Notes: generated from the sequence alone by a model not told the origin. A DNA stretch of 64,000 bases from an uncultured cyanobacterium (GCA_963793265.1 CAWBZI010000004.1:256001-320000), one strand, 5' to 3'; positions 40,878-51,890 are shown, counted from the first letter of the stretch. Translations and numbers: made by a program.

Positions 40878-42023
40878 CTAATTAAGGCCCAGCGCCAAGA
40901 CGGCATTCTGCCCGCCGAATCCAAAGCTAAAGCACAGCATATTCCTTAAATTTGCTGCCCGATAGCTCTGCACAAACGCCAAATTGAAATCCGCTGATTC
41001 TAACCCTATACAAGGCGTCACGGCCTGCTGCTGTAAACTCAATAGGCCCAGCGCCACTGTCAATGCTCCCGAAGCGCCCAACGTATGACCTGTTGCTCCC
41101 TTACTCGCCATTACTGGCATCTGCCGTCCCAGAATCTGCGCCACTAGAGCTGCTTCCATCCGATCGTTCTGCGCGGTGCTTGTTCCATGGACATGCACCG
41201 CATCTATATCCTTGGCTTTAAGACCGCTGCGTTTCAAACAAAGTTCTACAGCTCGCCGTCCCATGGCATAGCTTGGGTCAAACGAACTCACATGATGACT
41301 ATCGTTCGTTATCCCTGCTGCCAAAATTCGCCCGTACACCTTCGCCTCTCGATCTGCTGCTAACGCCGCCGACTCTAACACCAGCACCGCGCCCCCTTCG
41401 CCTAATACAAATCCTTCTCTACGCTGGTCAAATGGATAGCAACCTGTTGTCGCCAGCGCTCCCATCTTGCGAAACCCCGCAATCGTCAAAGGCGTAATCG
41501 GAGACTCTACTGCGCCTGCCACTACCCGGCTACACTGCCCGCTACGAATCAGGTCTGCGGCCTGTGTGATCGCCCACACCCCTGTTGCACAAGCCGCCAT
41601 CGGAGCCAACAAAGGCCCGCCTGCTCCTACCAATCGAGCCGTCGTTAGCGCAGGTTCATGCGGTAACATTGCCAGCCAATCCCCACCGATCTCTCCCTGT
41701 CGTTGCTGAAGTGCGATCGCCTCCCAGTCCCGCAAATGGCTGCGACTAGAGCCTATTACTACGCCACAATCAACGCCTGCGATCTCACCGTTTAGTCCCG
41801 CGTCCATCCAGGCTTCTTGCACGACTCTTTCGGTAATGTACTTCAGCGGTTCAGGTTGCTTTCCCCGCATTGCCAGCGGACAGGGTGCTAGATCTAAAAA
41901 AGGCTGATGGAGCGCGATCGCACTCTCACCAGCCTTTAACCTTTGCCAAGTTGTTTGCACCGTCAGCCCTAACGCTGTCGTCAGACCGATTCCAGTTACA
42001 GCAACAGCCGTTTCACAGTTCAC
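40878..42023 (-). CDS. Beta-ketoacyl-ACP synthase (FabF-like)
   Basis: AACATG (Cys), PFD..REGFVLGEG, HGTST, GHTLGA, SFGFGGQN. Confidence 0.88.
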   Translation of the reverse strand: MNCETAVAVTGIGLTTALGLTVQTTWQRLKAGESAIALHQPFLDLAPCPLAMRGKQPEPLKYITERVVQEAWMDAGLNGEIAGVDCGVVIGSSRSHLRDWEAIALQQRQGEIGGDWLAMLPHEPALTTARLVGAGGPLLAPMAACATGVWAITQAADLIRSGQCSRVVAGAVESPITPLTIAGFRKMGALATTGCYPFDQRREGFVLGEGGAVLVLESAALAADREAKVYGRILAAGITNDSHHVSSFDPSYAMGRRAVELCLKRSGLKAKDIDAVHVHGTSTAQNDRMEAALVAQILGRQMPVMASKGATGHTLGASGALTVALGLLSLQQQAVTPCIGLESADFNLAFVQSYRAANLRNMLCFSFGFGGQNAVLALGLN

Positions 42024-42033
42024 TCAAGCGCCC

Positions 42034-42828
42034 TTACTCAGCCGCTTCTCCAGGCAGCACCAAGTTATCTGCCCCAGCCGTTACGGTGACAGACTGAATC
42101 ACATCTTCTATCTGAATTTTATCGACCACATCCATACCGTCAGTCACGTAGCCAAACACAGCGTAGTTGCCATCTAAGAAGTTTACGTCAGCTAGGGTGA
42201 TGTAGAACTGAGCAGACGCGGTATTCACGCCAGAGCGGGCCATGGCGATCGCACCTCGCTTATGGGTCAAAGCCGGTGCTGTCGTAACGCCCGCTTCGGG
42301 AAAGGTCTTCCCGTACACAGGCTCATCTGCCCCTTCAGGCAAAATTTCCAAAGGAATCATCCGCTCTTGACCGCTCTCGTCTTCGTAGCCACCCGTGCCT
42401 AAACGACTGATGGGCACGGCTGGATCGGCGCTTTGCGGATCGCCGCCTTGGGCTACGAACGGATCAGGCGATCGCACAACCCGGTGAAAAATAGTACTGT
42501 CGTAAATGCCTTTCTGAGCCAAATCAACAAAGTTACCAGCGGTGTAAGGCGCTTTTTCCCCGTCTAGCTCAACGACGATTGGCTTGCTGCCAACCATTAT
42601 TTCTACGGTGGCTTTGCCGTCTAGCCGAGGTAAACCCGCTGTGAGTTCGTCAGCAGCAGGTGCGACAGAAGCTGCAATTTCAGGCTCAGAGGATGGACTG
42701 TTGGCGATAGGTGCTTCAGCCTGGCTACAGCTACTTACGAGCAGCGCGATCGCAATCAGCAGGCCCCAGCTACGGCCTGAACGCATCTTAAAAATCATAT
42801 GTGTGCTCCCTACAATTGCATGTGGCAA
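42034..42828 (-). CDS. Cyclophilin-type peptidyl-prolyl isomerase, lipoprotein
   Basis: Lipobox LLVSSC; APYTAGNF, FHRV, QGGDP, AMARS, SAQFY, YAVFG; start uncertain. Confidence 0.88.
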   Translation of the reverse strand: MPHAIVGSTHMIFKMRSGRSWGLLIAIALLVSSCSQAEAPIANSPSSEPEIAASVAPAADELTAGLPRLDGKATVEIMVGSKPIVVELDGEKAPYTAGNFVDLAQKGIYDSTIFHRVVRSPDPFVAQGGDPQSADPAVPISRLGTGGYEDESGQERMIPLEILPEGADEPVYGKTFPEAGVTTAPALTHKRGAIAMARSGVNTASAQFYITLADVNFLDGNYAVFGYVTDGMDVVDKIQIEDVIQSVTVTAGADNLVLPGEAAE

Positions 42829-42925
42829 AAATTTGCCAGTGAAAGGTTGCTCATTCTGTCATGAGGCGGCGAACAGTTCAATACGATGATTTGCTGAGTG
42901 CCCCTGTGCCTTTTAATGCGTTTTC

Positions 42926-43531
42926 TTACAGACCCTCTAAAGGCACTTGCAAAAAACGAGCCAGCTCAGCGCCCTGGTTTTCAAGGTCAGATAGCGAAAC
43001 GGGCTGACCGACTCGGGTCAAGGGAATATCGCCTTTGCCTTTGATGCGCAGGTAGAGCGATCGCTTAGGATTCAGCCCTTCTTTCAGCTCAGCGCGAACT
43101 GCCAGCAAGTCCTTTAGCGGATAGCGCAGGTCGATTTTGCGATTTTCGCCAGGAAAGCCGCTTCTAACAATGCGCGCCTCGCCCGCGTCCTTGTCAAATT
43201 CGTTATACCCGCCGCCCACATTCCAAATCAAAATCAGCGTGAGGTAGGTGCACAGTAGCAGGGCCGCTACGCCATAAAAGCCCATGGCAATGCCCTGCGG
43301 AATAAACACGAGCTGAGCGGGCAAATCTGAAAACGGCAGCAGATTGGTGTGTAAGTAGCTAGAGACGCCAGCCAGGAAGAAGCCAACGCCCCCAACCGCC
43401 GTAACCGCCGCCCAAAAATAGTTGCTAGGCCGCCGAGCCCCTAAGATCTCTCGGCGGAGAACGGTTTTTTCAGCAGCTTTATTAGACGCCTTAGCAGGAG
43501 CGGAAGAAGCGTTTGTTTTAGAGGCAGTCAT
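42926..43531 (-). CDS. ycf4: Photosystem I assembly protein Ycf4
   Basis: GARRPSNYFWA, FIPQGIAMGFYG, WNVGGGYNEFDK, IPLTRVG, ELARFL.VPLEG. Confidence 0.95.
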   Translation of the reverse strand: MTASKTNASSAPAKASNKAAEKTVLRREILGARRPSNYFWAAVTAVGGVGFFLAGVSSYLHTNLLPFSDLPAQLVFIPQGIAMGFYGVAALLLCTYLTLILIWNVGGGYNEFDKDAGEARIVRSGFPGENRKIDLRYPLKDLLAVRAELKEGLNPKRSLYLRIKGKGDIPLTRVGQPVSLSDLENQGAELARFLQVPLEGL

Positions 43532-44176
43532 AAGTCAAAAGATATTTTGAAGAGCGACTAGATGGGCCTTGTATCAGCTTAATTAAAAAGCAGCGACATA
43601 ATAAATAGTAGCTGCTTTACTCGACGGCCTACGCTGATATGACCGAAATCAGCAGGCGCAGTTGATGAATGATGGAAGTTTTAGCCAGGGGATCGGGTGA
43701 ATTGATAAGTACGGAAAAAATTATTAAGAAATGTTTTCTGCGGACATTATGAGCGAATTGCCTGTCATAAAAGGGCTTGACGGGTTATTTGCCTTTTTGA
43801 ATCGGGTTTTAGAGGGGTGCGATTGCTCCAAAATAGCGCCAAATATAGATATTTTTCGTCAAATCGCAAACTGAGAATTTACGTGACAGATTGTAAAAAA
43901 ATGGATCTGTCTTTATGATGAGGGTATGCCAAAATCCTTTAAGGCGGCGATATGTAGCCGTCTGGTCATGGACTGGCCCGATATCTTCCCAGCGTTTTTG
44001 CTGAGGATACATCTCGTAACATCAGCTTGCTGAACACCTTAACTGAACAGTCCGCTGAAACTTTTAGCCGGTTTGCCTCGGCACTTCGACCAAAAGTAAC
44101 AGGTCAAAAATGACAAAGGACTTATGCGCCCTAAGCACTAGGGTCAACTTAAGACCAAGATAAAGAGGATTCGTAA

Positions 44177-45235
44177 ATGACTATAGCAATGGGCAACGCG
44201 CCCGCCGGAAGAGGACGATTTGACGTCGTTGACGACTGGCTCAAGCGCGACCGTTTTGTATTCGTAGGCTGGTCTGGTCTACTCCTGTTCCCCTGCGCCT
44301 TTATGGCGATTGGCGGCTGGATGACCGGCACCACCTTTGTCACCTCGTGGTACACCCACGGGTTGGCAAGCTCCTACCTCGAAGGCTGCAACTTCCTAAC
44401 CGTTGCCGTCTCCACCCCCGCTGACAGCATGGGCCATTCGCTGCTGCTGCTTTGGGGCCCTGAAGCCCAGGGTGACTTCGTACGCTGGTGCCAGATTGGC
44501 GGCCTGTGGGCGTTCGTCGCACTTCACGGTGCCTTTGGCCTGATTGGCTTCATGCTGCGCCAGTTCGAGATTGCTCGGCTGGTCGGCATTCGTCCATACA
44601 ACGCAATCGCCTTCAGTGGCCCGATTGCGGTATTCGTCTCTGTGTTCTTGCTCTACCCACTGGGCCAGTCTTCGTGGTTCTTTGCACCGAGCTTCGGGGT
44701 GGCGGCTATCTTCCGCTTCCTGCTGTTCTTGCAGGGCTTCCACAACTGGACTTTGAACCCGTTCCACATGATGGGTGTAGCCGGTATCTTGGGTGGCGCG
44801 CTGCTGTGTGCGATTCACGGTGCGACAGTTGAGAACACGTTGTTCCAGGACGATGACAACGCCAACACGTTCCGTGCTTTTGAGCCTACGCAGTCAGAAG
44901 AGACGTATTCGATGGTGACGGCGAACCGATTCTGGTCACAGATTTTCGGTATCGCGTTCAGCAACAAGCGCTGGCTGCACTTCTTCATGCTGTTCGTACC
45001 CGTTACGGGCCTATGGATGAGTTCAGTCGGCATCGTCGGTTTGGCATTGAACCTACGAGCGTATGACTTCGTGAGCCAAGAGATTCGCGCAGCGGAAGAC
45101 CCCGAGTTCGAGACGTTCTACACGAAGAACATTCTATTGAACGAAGGCATCCGTGCGTGGTTGAGCCCACAGGATCAGCCACATGAGCAGTTTGTGTTCC
45201 CTGAGGAAGTTCTTCCTCGTGGTAACGCGCTGTAA
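44177..45235 (+). CDS. psbD: Photosystem II D2 protein
   Basis: [16 protein letters not shown] ... [10 protein letters not shown]. Confidence 0.99.
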   Translation: MTIAMGNAPAGRGRFDVVDDWLKRDRFVFVGWSGLLLFPCAFMAIGGWMTGTTFVTSWYTHGLASSYLEGCNFLTVAVSTPADSMGHSLLLLWGPEAQGDFVRWCQIGGLWAFVALHGAFGLIGFMLRQFEIARLVGIRPYNAIAFSGPIAVFVSVFLLYPLGQSSWFFAPSFGVAAIFRFLLFLQGFHNWTLNPFHMMGVAGILGGALLCAIHGATVENTLFQDDDNANTFRAFEPTQSEETYSMVTANRFWSQIFGIAFSNKRWLHFFMLFVPVTGLWMSSVGIVGLALNLRAYDFVSQEIRAAEDPEFETFYTKNILLNEGIRAWLSPQDQPHEQFVFPEEVLPRGNAL

Positions 45236-45252
45236 GTGCATTTCATCTGCAA

Positions 45253-45276
45253 AGGGTACGGCCAACGCTGTACCCT
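45253..45276 (+). other. Intercistronic hairpin between psbD and psbC
   Basis: AGGGTACGGC-CAAC-GCTGTACCCT, 10-bp stem with one G-U pair. Confidence 0.6.
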
Positions 45277-45318
45277 ATCTATTAAGACTGTATTTTCCCC
45301 TGACAGAGGTACTCCCCC

Positions 45319-46701
45319 GTGGTAACACTCTCTAATAATGTTATTGGAGGCGGTCGCGACCAACCATCCACCGGGTATGCGTGGTGGTCTGGTAACGCTC
45401 GACTAATTAATCTTTCTGGTAAGCTGCTGGGCGCACACGTTGCCCACGCTGGCCTGATCGTACTCTGGACTGGTGCGATGACTTTGTTTGAAGTCTCTCA
45501 CTATGTCCCCGAGAAGCCTATGTACGAACAAGGCGCAATTCTCATTCCTCACCTAGCCACTTTGGGCTGGGGTGTAGGCCCTGGCGGTGAAGTTATCAAC
45601 ACATTCCCCTACTTTGTAGTGGGTGTGCTTCACCTCATCTCTTCTGCTGTGCTTGGCTTGGGTGGCGTATACCACGCTGTCCGTGGCCCCGAAACGCTCG
45701 AAGAGTACTCCAGCTTCTTTAGCCAAGACTGGAAAGACAAAAACCAGATGACTAACATCATCGGCTATCACCTGATCCTGCTAGGACTGGGCGCTTTCCT
45801 GCTGGTTATTAAAGCCTGCTTCCTCGGTGGCGTTTACGACACCTGGGCACCTGGCGGCGGCGACGTTCGTGTAATTACGAACCCAACGCTTAACCCCAGC
45901 GTTATCTTCGGCTATCTGCTCACGTCTCCTTTTGGCGGCGAAGGCTGGATTTGCGGCGTTAACAACATGGAAGATATCATCGGCGGTCACATTTGGGTTG
46001 GACTCATCTGTATCGGCGGCGGCGTATTCCACATTCTCACTAAGCCGTTTGCATGGGCACGTCGCGCTTTGATCTGGAACGGTGAGGCTTACCTCTCCTA
46101 TTCCATCGGCGCTGTTTCCCTGATGGCTTTCATCTGCTCTTGCTACGTTTGGTTCAACAACACTGCTTACCCCAGTGAGTTCTTTGGCCCAACTAACGCA
46201 GAAGCTTCTCAGGCTCAGGCCATGACCTTCTTGGTTCGTGACCAGCGCTTGGGTGCCAACATTGGTTCTGCACAAGGCCCCACTGGCTTGGGTAAGTACC
46301 TGATGCGCTCTCCTACTGGCGAGATCATCTTTGGTGGTGAAACCATGCGTTTCTGGGACTTTGACGGCCCCTGGCTCGCACCGCTTCGTGGCACTAACGG
46401 CCTCGATTTGGACAAGCTTAAGAATGACATTCAGCCCTGGCAGGTTCGCCGTGCGGCTGAGTACATGACTCACGCACCTAACGCATCTATCAACTCTGTA
46501 GGCGGTATCATCACCGAGGTTAACTCTGTTAACTTCGTGAACCCCCGTCAGTGGTTGGCGTCCTTCCACTTTGTCATGGCCTTCTTCTTCTTAGTCGGTC
46601 ATCTCTGGCACGCAGGCCGGGCACGCGCGGCTGAAGGCGGCTTCGAGCGTGGTTTGGATCGTGAATCTGAGCCAGTTCTGGCAATGCCTGATCTTGACTA
46701 A
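45319..46701 (+). CDS. psbC: Photosystem II CP43
   Basis: GTG start; [43 protein letters not shown]. Confidence 0.99.
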   Translation: MVTLSNNVIGGGRDQPSTGYAWWSGNARLINLSGKLLGAHVAHAGLIVLWTGAMTLFEVSHYVPEKPMYEQGAILIPHLATLGWGVGPGGEVINTFPYFVVGVLHLISSAVLGLGGVYHAVRGPETLEEYSSFFSQDWKDKNQMTNIIGYHLILLGLGAFLLVIKACFLGGVYDTWAPGGGDVRVITNPTLNPSVIFGYLLTSPFGGEGWICGVNNMEDIIGGHIWVGLICIGGGVFHILTKPFAWARRALIWNGEAYLSYSIGAVSLMAFICSCYVWFNNTAYPSEFFGPTNAEASQAQAMTFLVRDQRLGANIGSAQGPTGLGKYLMRSPTGEIIFGGETMRFWDFDGPWLAPLRGTNGLDLDKLKNDIQPWQVRRAAEYMTHAPNASINSVGGIITEVNSVNFVNPRQWLASFHFVMAFFFLVGHLWHAGRARAAEGGFERGLDRESEPVLAMPDLD

Positions 46702-46750
46702 TCGGGTTCATCGCTTCTGGCGGTTTGAGCTTTATTAGCTAAGTCAAAGA

Positions 46751-46782
46751 AAAAGACCCTCGCCGTTTGGTGGGGGTCTTTT
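46751..46782 (+). terminator. Intrinsic terminator after psbC
   Basis: AAAAGACCCTCGCC-GTTT-GGTGGGGGTCTTTT. Confidence 0.8.
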
Positions 46783-46815
46783 CGTTGATAGTCTATAGAT
46801 AACGCTATAAAGAAT

Positions 46816-47118
46816 GTGATGCTCGATCAGCCCTATTACTTACTGCGCTCAAAATCTACCGGACAGTATTTGGTCGCGCGTCCGCCGGTACCAGGCGGGC
46901 ATCCTGAGCAGCCAACTGAGCCTTATTTGCTACTGTTTATCGCTGATTTTGATGCGCTGAGCTATTTAAATACCCATGCGGGTGAGCTAGCACCTCAGTT
47001 TGCGGTAGAGCAGGGCGATCGCAGACAAGTGAAAGCGATTTCGGAGCGTTGGGGCTATAAGGGCGTTGGCGTTGTCAACGATCCGCTCGTTCCGCAAGTT
47101 GAGTTTATGAGCTTCTGA
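46816..47118 (+). CDS. Conserved cyanobacterial hypothetical protein
   Basis: YYLLRSK..GQYL, YLLLF...DALSYLN, RWGY.GVGVV.DPL.P pattern. Confidence 0.65.
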   Translation: MMLDQPYYLLRSKSTGQYLVARPPVPGGHPEQPTEPYLLLFIADFDALSYLNTHAGELAPQFAVEQGDRRQVKAISERWGYKGVGVVNDPLVPQVEFMSF

Positions 47119-47119
47119 T

Positions 47120-47821
47120 TTAGCTTAAATTTAACGATTCGATCCAATCACCGAGTCCGTTGAGAATGAGCTGTACGCCGATAGCCATTACAAAAAGACC
47201 TAATAGTCGGCTCAGGGCATGAATGCCGCCTGCGCCAAACCATTTGAGTAGAAGGGTAGAGGAGCGCAGGGCGATGTAGATAATCAGGCCGATGAGGGCG
47301 ATCGCGACAGCAACCGCCAGCAGATTTTGCGTCGTCTCAGCCGTACCGGCGTTTCTGCTGGCTTCAGCGGCGAGTCCTAGCGCTACGGCGATCGCCCCCG
47401 GCCCTGCTAGCAGTGGAATCGTCATCGGCATGAACGAAATATCTTCGTGATGACCAGCCTTACTCATCACATCCTTGTTTTCTACATCGCTCAGCTTAGA
47501 CTCTGCATTCATGGTGTTCCACGCGGCATGAAAGACAACGATGCCACCAGCAATGCGTACGACTTCGAGCGAAATTCCAAAAAAGCGCAAAATGCCGCCG
47601 CCCACTAGCAAAAAGCTGATCAGCAAAGCAATGACATAGATAGCAATTTTCTTAGCGTATCTGCGCCTCAAGGATTCGGGCACCCCAGCGGTCAGCACTA
47701 GAAAAATAGGGACGCTGCCGATCGGATCGATCACTGGAAACAAAGCCGCTATGCTACCTAAAATGAAGTCGGTAAATTCTTTAATAGGCATCGGCAGTTT
47801 GACGAAACAGGCAACGCTCAA
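47120..47821 (-). CDS. MarC family membrane protein
   Basis: DPIGSVPIF, RIAGG, PMTIPLLAGPGAI, SRLLGLF. Confidence 0.9.
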   Translation of the reverse strand: MSVACFVKLPMPIKEFTDFILGSIAALFPVIDPIGSVPIFLVLTAGVPESLRRRYAKKIAIYVIALLISFLLVGGGILRFFGISLEVVRIAGGIVVFHAAWNTMNAESKLSDVENKDVMSKAGHHEDISFMPMTIPLLAGPGAIAVALGLAAEASRNAGTAETTQNLLAVAVAIALIGLIIYIALRSSTLLLKWFGAGGIHALSRLLGLFVMAIGVQLILNGLGDWIESLNLS

Positions 47822-47871
47822 TCATAGGCAAGGTTGCTCAGTAAAGGTTCTATCTGTGTGAGGGTTACTTT

Positions 47872-48372
47872 TTACGCATCGCCTAATTTGCGGAGCATGG
47901 TGAAAGACACTGTACCTGTTCGATTGGTTACTTCGGTACCTGCTACGCGTACGAATTCAAACCGTTCGTATAGCCGTAGCGCTGGGTTATCACTGCGAGT
48001 ACTCAGGCAAACGGCTGAAAAGTGCGATCGCGCCATAGCTAATATTTGTTCTAGCAGGGCTGTGCCAATGCCTTGTCCGCGAGCTTCTGGAATGAGGGCG
48101 ATCGCTAGCTCCGGCGTTTTCTCATCTATATACCCGTACCCAGCATCGTCTTCCGCCCATAGCCGCAACCACGCAGCCCCTACAGGCACACCCTCAATTT
48201 CGGCTACGACACCAATATCTCCATCTCGACCCCAGACACGAACATATCTCCTCAGATCTGGATTAGTTTTTACTGCGGCTACAGAGGACTCATGCGCTGC
48301 GTACATAAGCATTTTCCATAGCGTAGGCTTATCTGATTGAGTCAGCGGGCGAACCGTATACTTGTTATTCAT
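47872..48372 (-). CDS. GNAT acetyltransferase
   Basis: ARGQGIGTALL; NPALRLYERFEF. Confidence 0.88.
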   Translation of the reverse strand: MNNKYTVRPLTQSDKPTLWKMLMYAAHESSVAAVKTNPDLRRYVRVWGRDGDIGVVAEIEGVPVGAAWLRLWAEDDAGYGYIDEKTPELAIALIPEARGQGIGTALLEQILAMARSHFSAVCLSTRSDNPALRLYERFEFVRVAGTEVTNRTGTVSFTMLRKLGDA

Positions 48373-48376
48373 TCAT

Positions 48377-48778
48377 TCAGTAGCGGCGGCCTTCGCGGTA
48401 TACGTACATGTTGATGGCAGCGATCGCAAAGCAAATCATAAAGATCAGCAGCCGAATTCCGTAAATCGGCTCATTAATCAATCGCCCATCTTCAAACAGT
48501 GGCGTTAGCGAAGGTTCAAGCTTAGCTAGGGCGTACCCACCTACAAAAGCGCCAATTGTTGAACTTGCCTGGCTGAACTTTTTAATGTCTTGGCTAGTGC
48601 TAGGTGAGATTAAAAAGCCGACGAGCCATCCTATCGCCCAGCCGCCTGCGCCGACCAAAACCGTTTGCGCAAAGCCTGGGTCATCTAGCTCTTGGTGAAT
48701 CGTACGAGCAATCCAAAGCACTATCCCAAACACGACAAAGCCAAGAATTAAGCTAGCAAAAGAACGTGCCTGGTTCAT
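48377..48778 (-). CDS. Hypothetical membrane protein (~4 TM)
   Basis: Hydrophobic segments; co-oriented in the gene run. Confidence 0.6.
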   Translation of the reverse strand: MNQARSFASLILGFVVFGIVLWIARTIHQELDDPGFAQTVLVGAGGWAIGWLVGFLISPSTSQDIKKFSQASSTIGAFVGGYALAKLEPSLTPLFEDGRLINEPIYGIRLLIFMICFAIAAINMYVYREGRRY

Positions 48779-48807
48779 AAGGATGCTGATGAGGAGATCT
48801 AATTGGC

Positions 48808-49860
48808 TTAGTTCATGCTGGAAATTTTGATTCTAGGATCGACGAATGAGAGCGCGAGATCGGCAAGTAAGTTACCGATGATGAGCATAACTGCGCCTAG
48901 AACTAGACTCGCCATAATGAGGTATAAATCCTGCTTTTGTACGGCTTCTAGCGTTAGCGTACCGAGCCCCGGCCAGCTAAAGAAGGTTTCGATGATGAAC
49001 GAGCCGCTGAGTAAAGACGAAAACTCAAATCCTAAGATGGTGATCAGCGGGTTGATGGCGTTGCGAAGCGCGTGAACGTAGATGACTTTGCCCTCAGGTA
49101 AGCCTTTGGCCCTAGCTGTTTGAATGTAGTCCTGGCGTAAAACGTCGAGGAGCTGGCCGCGCATAAGCCGCTGCAGACCCGCAAAGCTGGTGATGCTTAA
49201 GGCCAGGGTTGGCAAGATTAGGTGCCAGGCTACGTCCAGGATTTGGCCGATCCAGTTGAGGTCTTCGTGGTAGAGACTGGTGCGCCCGCCGACGGGGAAA
49301 AGTGGGGTGGTGAGCTGGGCGAAAAAGAGTAGGAGCAGGCCGGTGATTATGGTTGGGAAGCCCTGGGCGAAGTAGCTAAGGAACCGGAGGAAGCGGTCGG
49401 GGAGTTTGTTTTGGTTGACGGCGCTGATGATGCCGAGGGGGATTGCGATCGCCCAGGTTACAAAAATAGAGGCCGCTGAGAGCAAAATGGTATTCGGTAC
49501 CCGCTCCCACAGAATTTCGAGGGCAGGTCGGTTGTAGGCAAAGCTGATGCCAAAATCAAACTGGGTGACGGCCTGTCTGAGCCAGCTAAAGTACTGAACC
49601 CAGACGGGCTGGTCGAGGCCAAAGTTGCTTTCTAGCTGGGCGATGGTTTCAGGTGAGATTTCGGGGTTTTGTCGGAAGGGGGTTAGAAAGTCACCTGGCG
49701 CTAGCTGCACGATTACAAAGCTAAAAGCCGTTGCTAGCAGTAGCGTGAGCAAAGCCTGTAGCAGCCGCTTGATGATGTAGCGGGTGGTTTCGCCTAAGAA
49801 AAAGTCGCGGAGGAATAGCGAAGCCCTACCAAAAGGAGAGATGGAGTGAGTAGACGACAT
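48808..49860 (-). CDS. Peptide/nickel ABC permease (DppB/OppB family)
   Basis: GLDQP..VQY, DYIQTARAKGL, HALRNA, IETFFSWPGLG, VDPRI. Confidence 0.92.
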   Translation of the reverse strand: MSSTHSISPFGRASLFLRDFFLGETTRYIIKRLLQALLTLLLATAFSFVIVQLAPGDFLTPFRQNPEISPETIAQLESNFGLDQPVWVQYFSWLRQAVTQFDFGISFAYNRPALEILWERVPNTILLSAASIFVTWAIAIPLGIISAVNQNKLPDRFLRFLSYFAQGFPTIITGLLLLFFAQLTTPLFPVGGRTSLYHEDLNWIGQILDVAWHLILPTLALSITSFAGLQRLMRGQLLDVLRQDYIQTARAKGLPEGKVIYVHALRNAINPLITILGFEFSSLLSGSFIIETFFSWPGLGTLTLEAVQKQDLYLIMASLVLGAVMLIIGNLLADLALSFVDPRIKISSMN

Positions 49861-49948
49861 AGGGCTTTATCTGAGTAGGGCTTGATCAGGAGACTTTATC
49901 GGGATGCTCTAGCCTATTGGCGTTGGAAGGCTCAACGCTAGAGCAGGT

Positions 49949-50464
49949 TTAGTACTGAAGCAGGCTAATGATAGGGGCGTCTGAGGGTAGATTTTCACGA
50001 CCCGCTAGCCCGACCAGCTCAATGACAAAGGCAAAGCCTGCGACTTTGGCACCGGCTTTTTGGATCAATTCAGCCGCAGCAGCAGCAGTCCCTCCCGTGG
50101 CAAGCAAATCGTCCACTATTAAGACTGAACTGCCGGGCTCAAAGGCATCTTGATGCACTTCTAGCCGATCTTTGCCGTATTCTAAGCTGTACTCTACCGC
50201 ATGGACGGCCCGAGGCAACTTGCCGCTCTTACGGACAGGAACGAAGCCTTTGTTGAGATTGTAGGCTGTTGGCATTCCAAAGATGAATCCTCGCGACTCT
50301 ATGCCTACGATGCAGTCAGGATTTAGCTTTGCGCCCTGCTCGCTGATTTGATCGATGGTGTAGCGTAACCCACTAGGATCTTGCAGCAGTGTGGTGATAT
50401 CTCGAAAGATAATGCCGGGCTGCGGAAAGTCGGGGATATCTTTGATGAGTGCTTTGAGATCCAT
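49949..50464 (-). CDS. apt: Adenine phosphoribosyltransferase
   Basis: [37 protein letters not shown]. Confidence 0.96.
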   Translation of the reverse strand: MDLKALIKDIPDFPQPGIIFRDITTLLQDPSGLRYTIDQISEQGAKLNPDCIVGIESRGFIFGMPTAYNLNKGFVPVRKSGKLPRAVHAVEYSLEYGKDRLEVHQDAFEPGSSVLIVDDLLATGGTAAAAAELIQKAGAKVAGFAFVIELVGLAGRENLPSDAPIISLLQY

Positions 50465-50535
50465 CGCGAGGCGTACCGGATTATGATCGCGCTTATCTTA
50501 TCAGTTTTAAGAAGCGACCTTAAAAGCAATCCAGC

Positions 50536-51747
50536 CTAATCTCTGGCATTTTTGAGGTTTTTCTTGGCATCTGAGACTTCAAACCAACCCTGTTTCCAGA
50601 AATAGTAGGTGAGAGCAAGGGCGATCGCAATCATCACAGCCCAGCAAATCGGGTAGCCCCAATAAGCATTCAGCTCAGGCATATTCCATGGTGAAACTGA
50701 CGTATTAAAGTTCATACCGTACACCCCGACAATAAAGGTGAGCGGGATAAAAATTGATGAGATCACGGTCAGCGTTTTCATCACCTCGTTCATACGATTG
50801 CTGACCGCAGAAAGATATACGTCCATCAGGTTTGCGGTGAGTTCTCGGTAGGTTTCTACAATGTCGAGCACTTGCACAACATGGTCGTAGCAGTCTTGAA
50901 AATAGATTCGAGCTTCGGCGCTAATCACGTCAGAGCTGCCGTCGCGAATGAGCTGATTGAGCGCATTGCGTTGAGGCCAAATAGAGCGGCGCAAAGACAT
51001 CAGCTCGCGTCGAACGCGGTATATTTTTTGCACCGTTTGCTTAGTGGGATCAAAGATCACTTCGTCTTCTAGCGACTCTATATATTCGCCGTATTCTTCG
51101 AGTACCGGGAAGTAGGCATCAATTACCGCGTCTAGCAGCGCATAGGCTAAATAGTCCGCGCCCTCATGGCGAATGCGCCCAACGTTTTGACGAATGCGGT
51201 TACGGACAGGATCTAGGCAGTCTTGATCGAGTTCTTCTTGGACGGTGAGTAGATAATCTGGCCCAAGCACGAAGCTGAGCTGTTCGCTGGTGAAATGAGG
51301 GTCTTCATCTTCTGCTTCGGGGGCCATCATTACCATGCGCGTGATAATAAGCACCTGATCGTTGTAGTACTCTACTTTTGGCCGCTGGGGCACGTTTACA
51401 ACGTCTTCTAAAACCAATGGGTGCAGGTGAAACACCTGGCCTAGCCGGTTGAGCACGTCTTCGTTGCCCAAGCCTTGCAGGTCTATCCATGAGATAGTTT
51501 TGCTGGTCATGTGCTGAGCGGCTTCTTCGGGCGTTTTGAGCATTCGACGAATGGCCGATCTTTCGCTGTAGTCAATCAGCGTTAGCTCTGTCGGTGAAGC
51601 GTCTTCGTCAATGACGAGGGTGCCTGGAGCCGTACCGATCTCGTCGTAGTGATAGTCCCAATGGCGGCGCTCGTCTTCGTCATCGTGATCATGGCGGACA
51701 GGTTGATCCTGGCGAACAGTCCATTCGTTTGGTTTTGCTTTTTTCAT
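50536..51747 (-). CDS. corA: Magnesium/cobalt transporter CorA
   Basis: HPLVLEDV, QRPK, MNEVMKTLT, YGMNF, MPEL. Confidence 0.95.
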   Translation of the reverse strand: MKKAKPNEWTVRQDQPVRHDHDDEDERRHWDYHYDEIGTAPGTLVIDEDASPTELTLIDYSERSAIRRMLKTPEEAAQHMTSKTISWIDLQGLGNEDVLNRLGQVFHLHPLVLEDVVNVPQRPKVEYYNDQVLIITRMVMMAPEAEDEDPHFTSEQLSFVLGPDYLLTVQEELDQDCLDPVRNRIRQNVGRIRHEGADYLAYALLDAVIDAYFPVLEEYGEYIESLEDEVIFDPTKQTVQKIYRVRRELMSLRRSIWPQRNALNQLIRDGSSDVISAEARIYFQDCYDHVVQVLDIVETYRELTANLMDVYLSAVSNRMNEVMKTLTVISSIFIPLTFIVGVYGMNFNTSVSPWNMPELNAYWGYPICWAVMIAIALALTYYFWKQGWFEVSDAKKNLKNARD

Positions 51748-51890
51748 GACGATTCCTTTGGGTGATGAGCTAACCGAACGTCTTGGGTGATGTCTAAAAT
51801 AATTTCTGAGCGACGATGATTTGCTAGTTTGAGCTATTATATTTTCGTCTTCAGGTATCTGTAGGCAAACCTCAGTAGTTATAGGCTATT

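Noticed and set aside
45781..46569. 262-aa ORF antisense to psbC (and similar shadow ORFs in psbD, ctaD and glgP)
   Set aside because: Antisense shadows of highly codon-biased genes; no recognisable motifs
44177..46701. psbD/psbC as far-red (FaRLiP) paralogs
   Set aside because: D2 looks canonical, the context is ycf4-psbDC, and no rfp, apc or chlF genes are nearby
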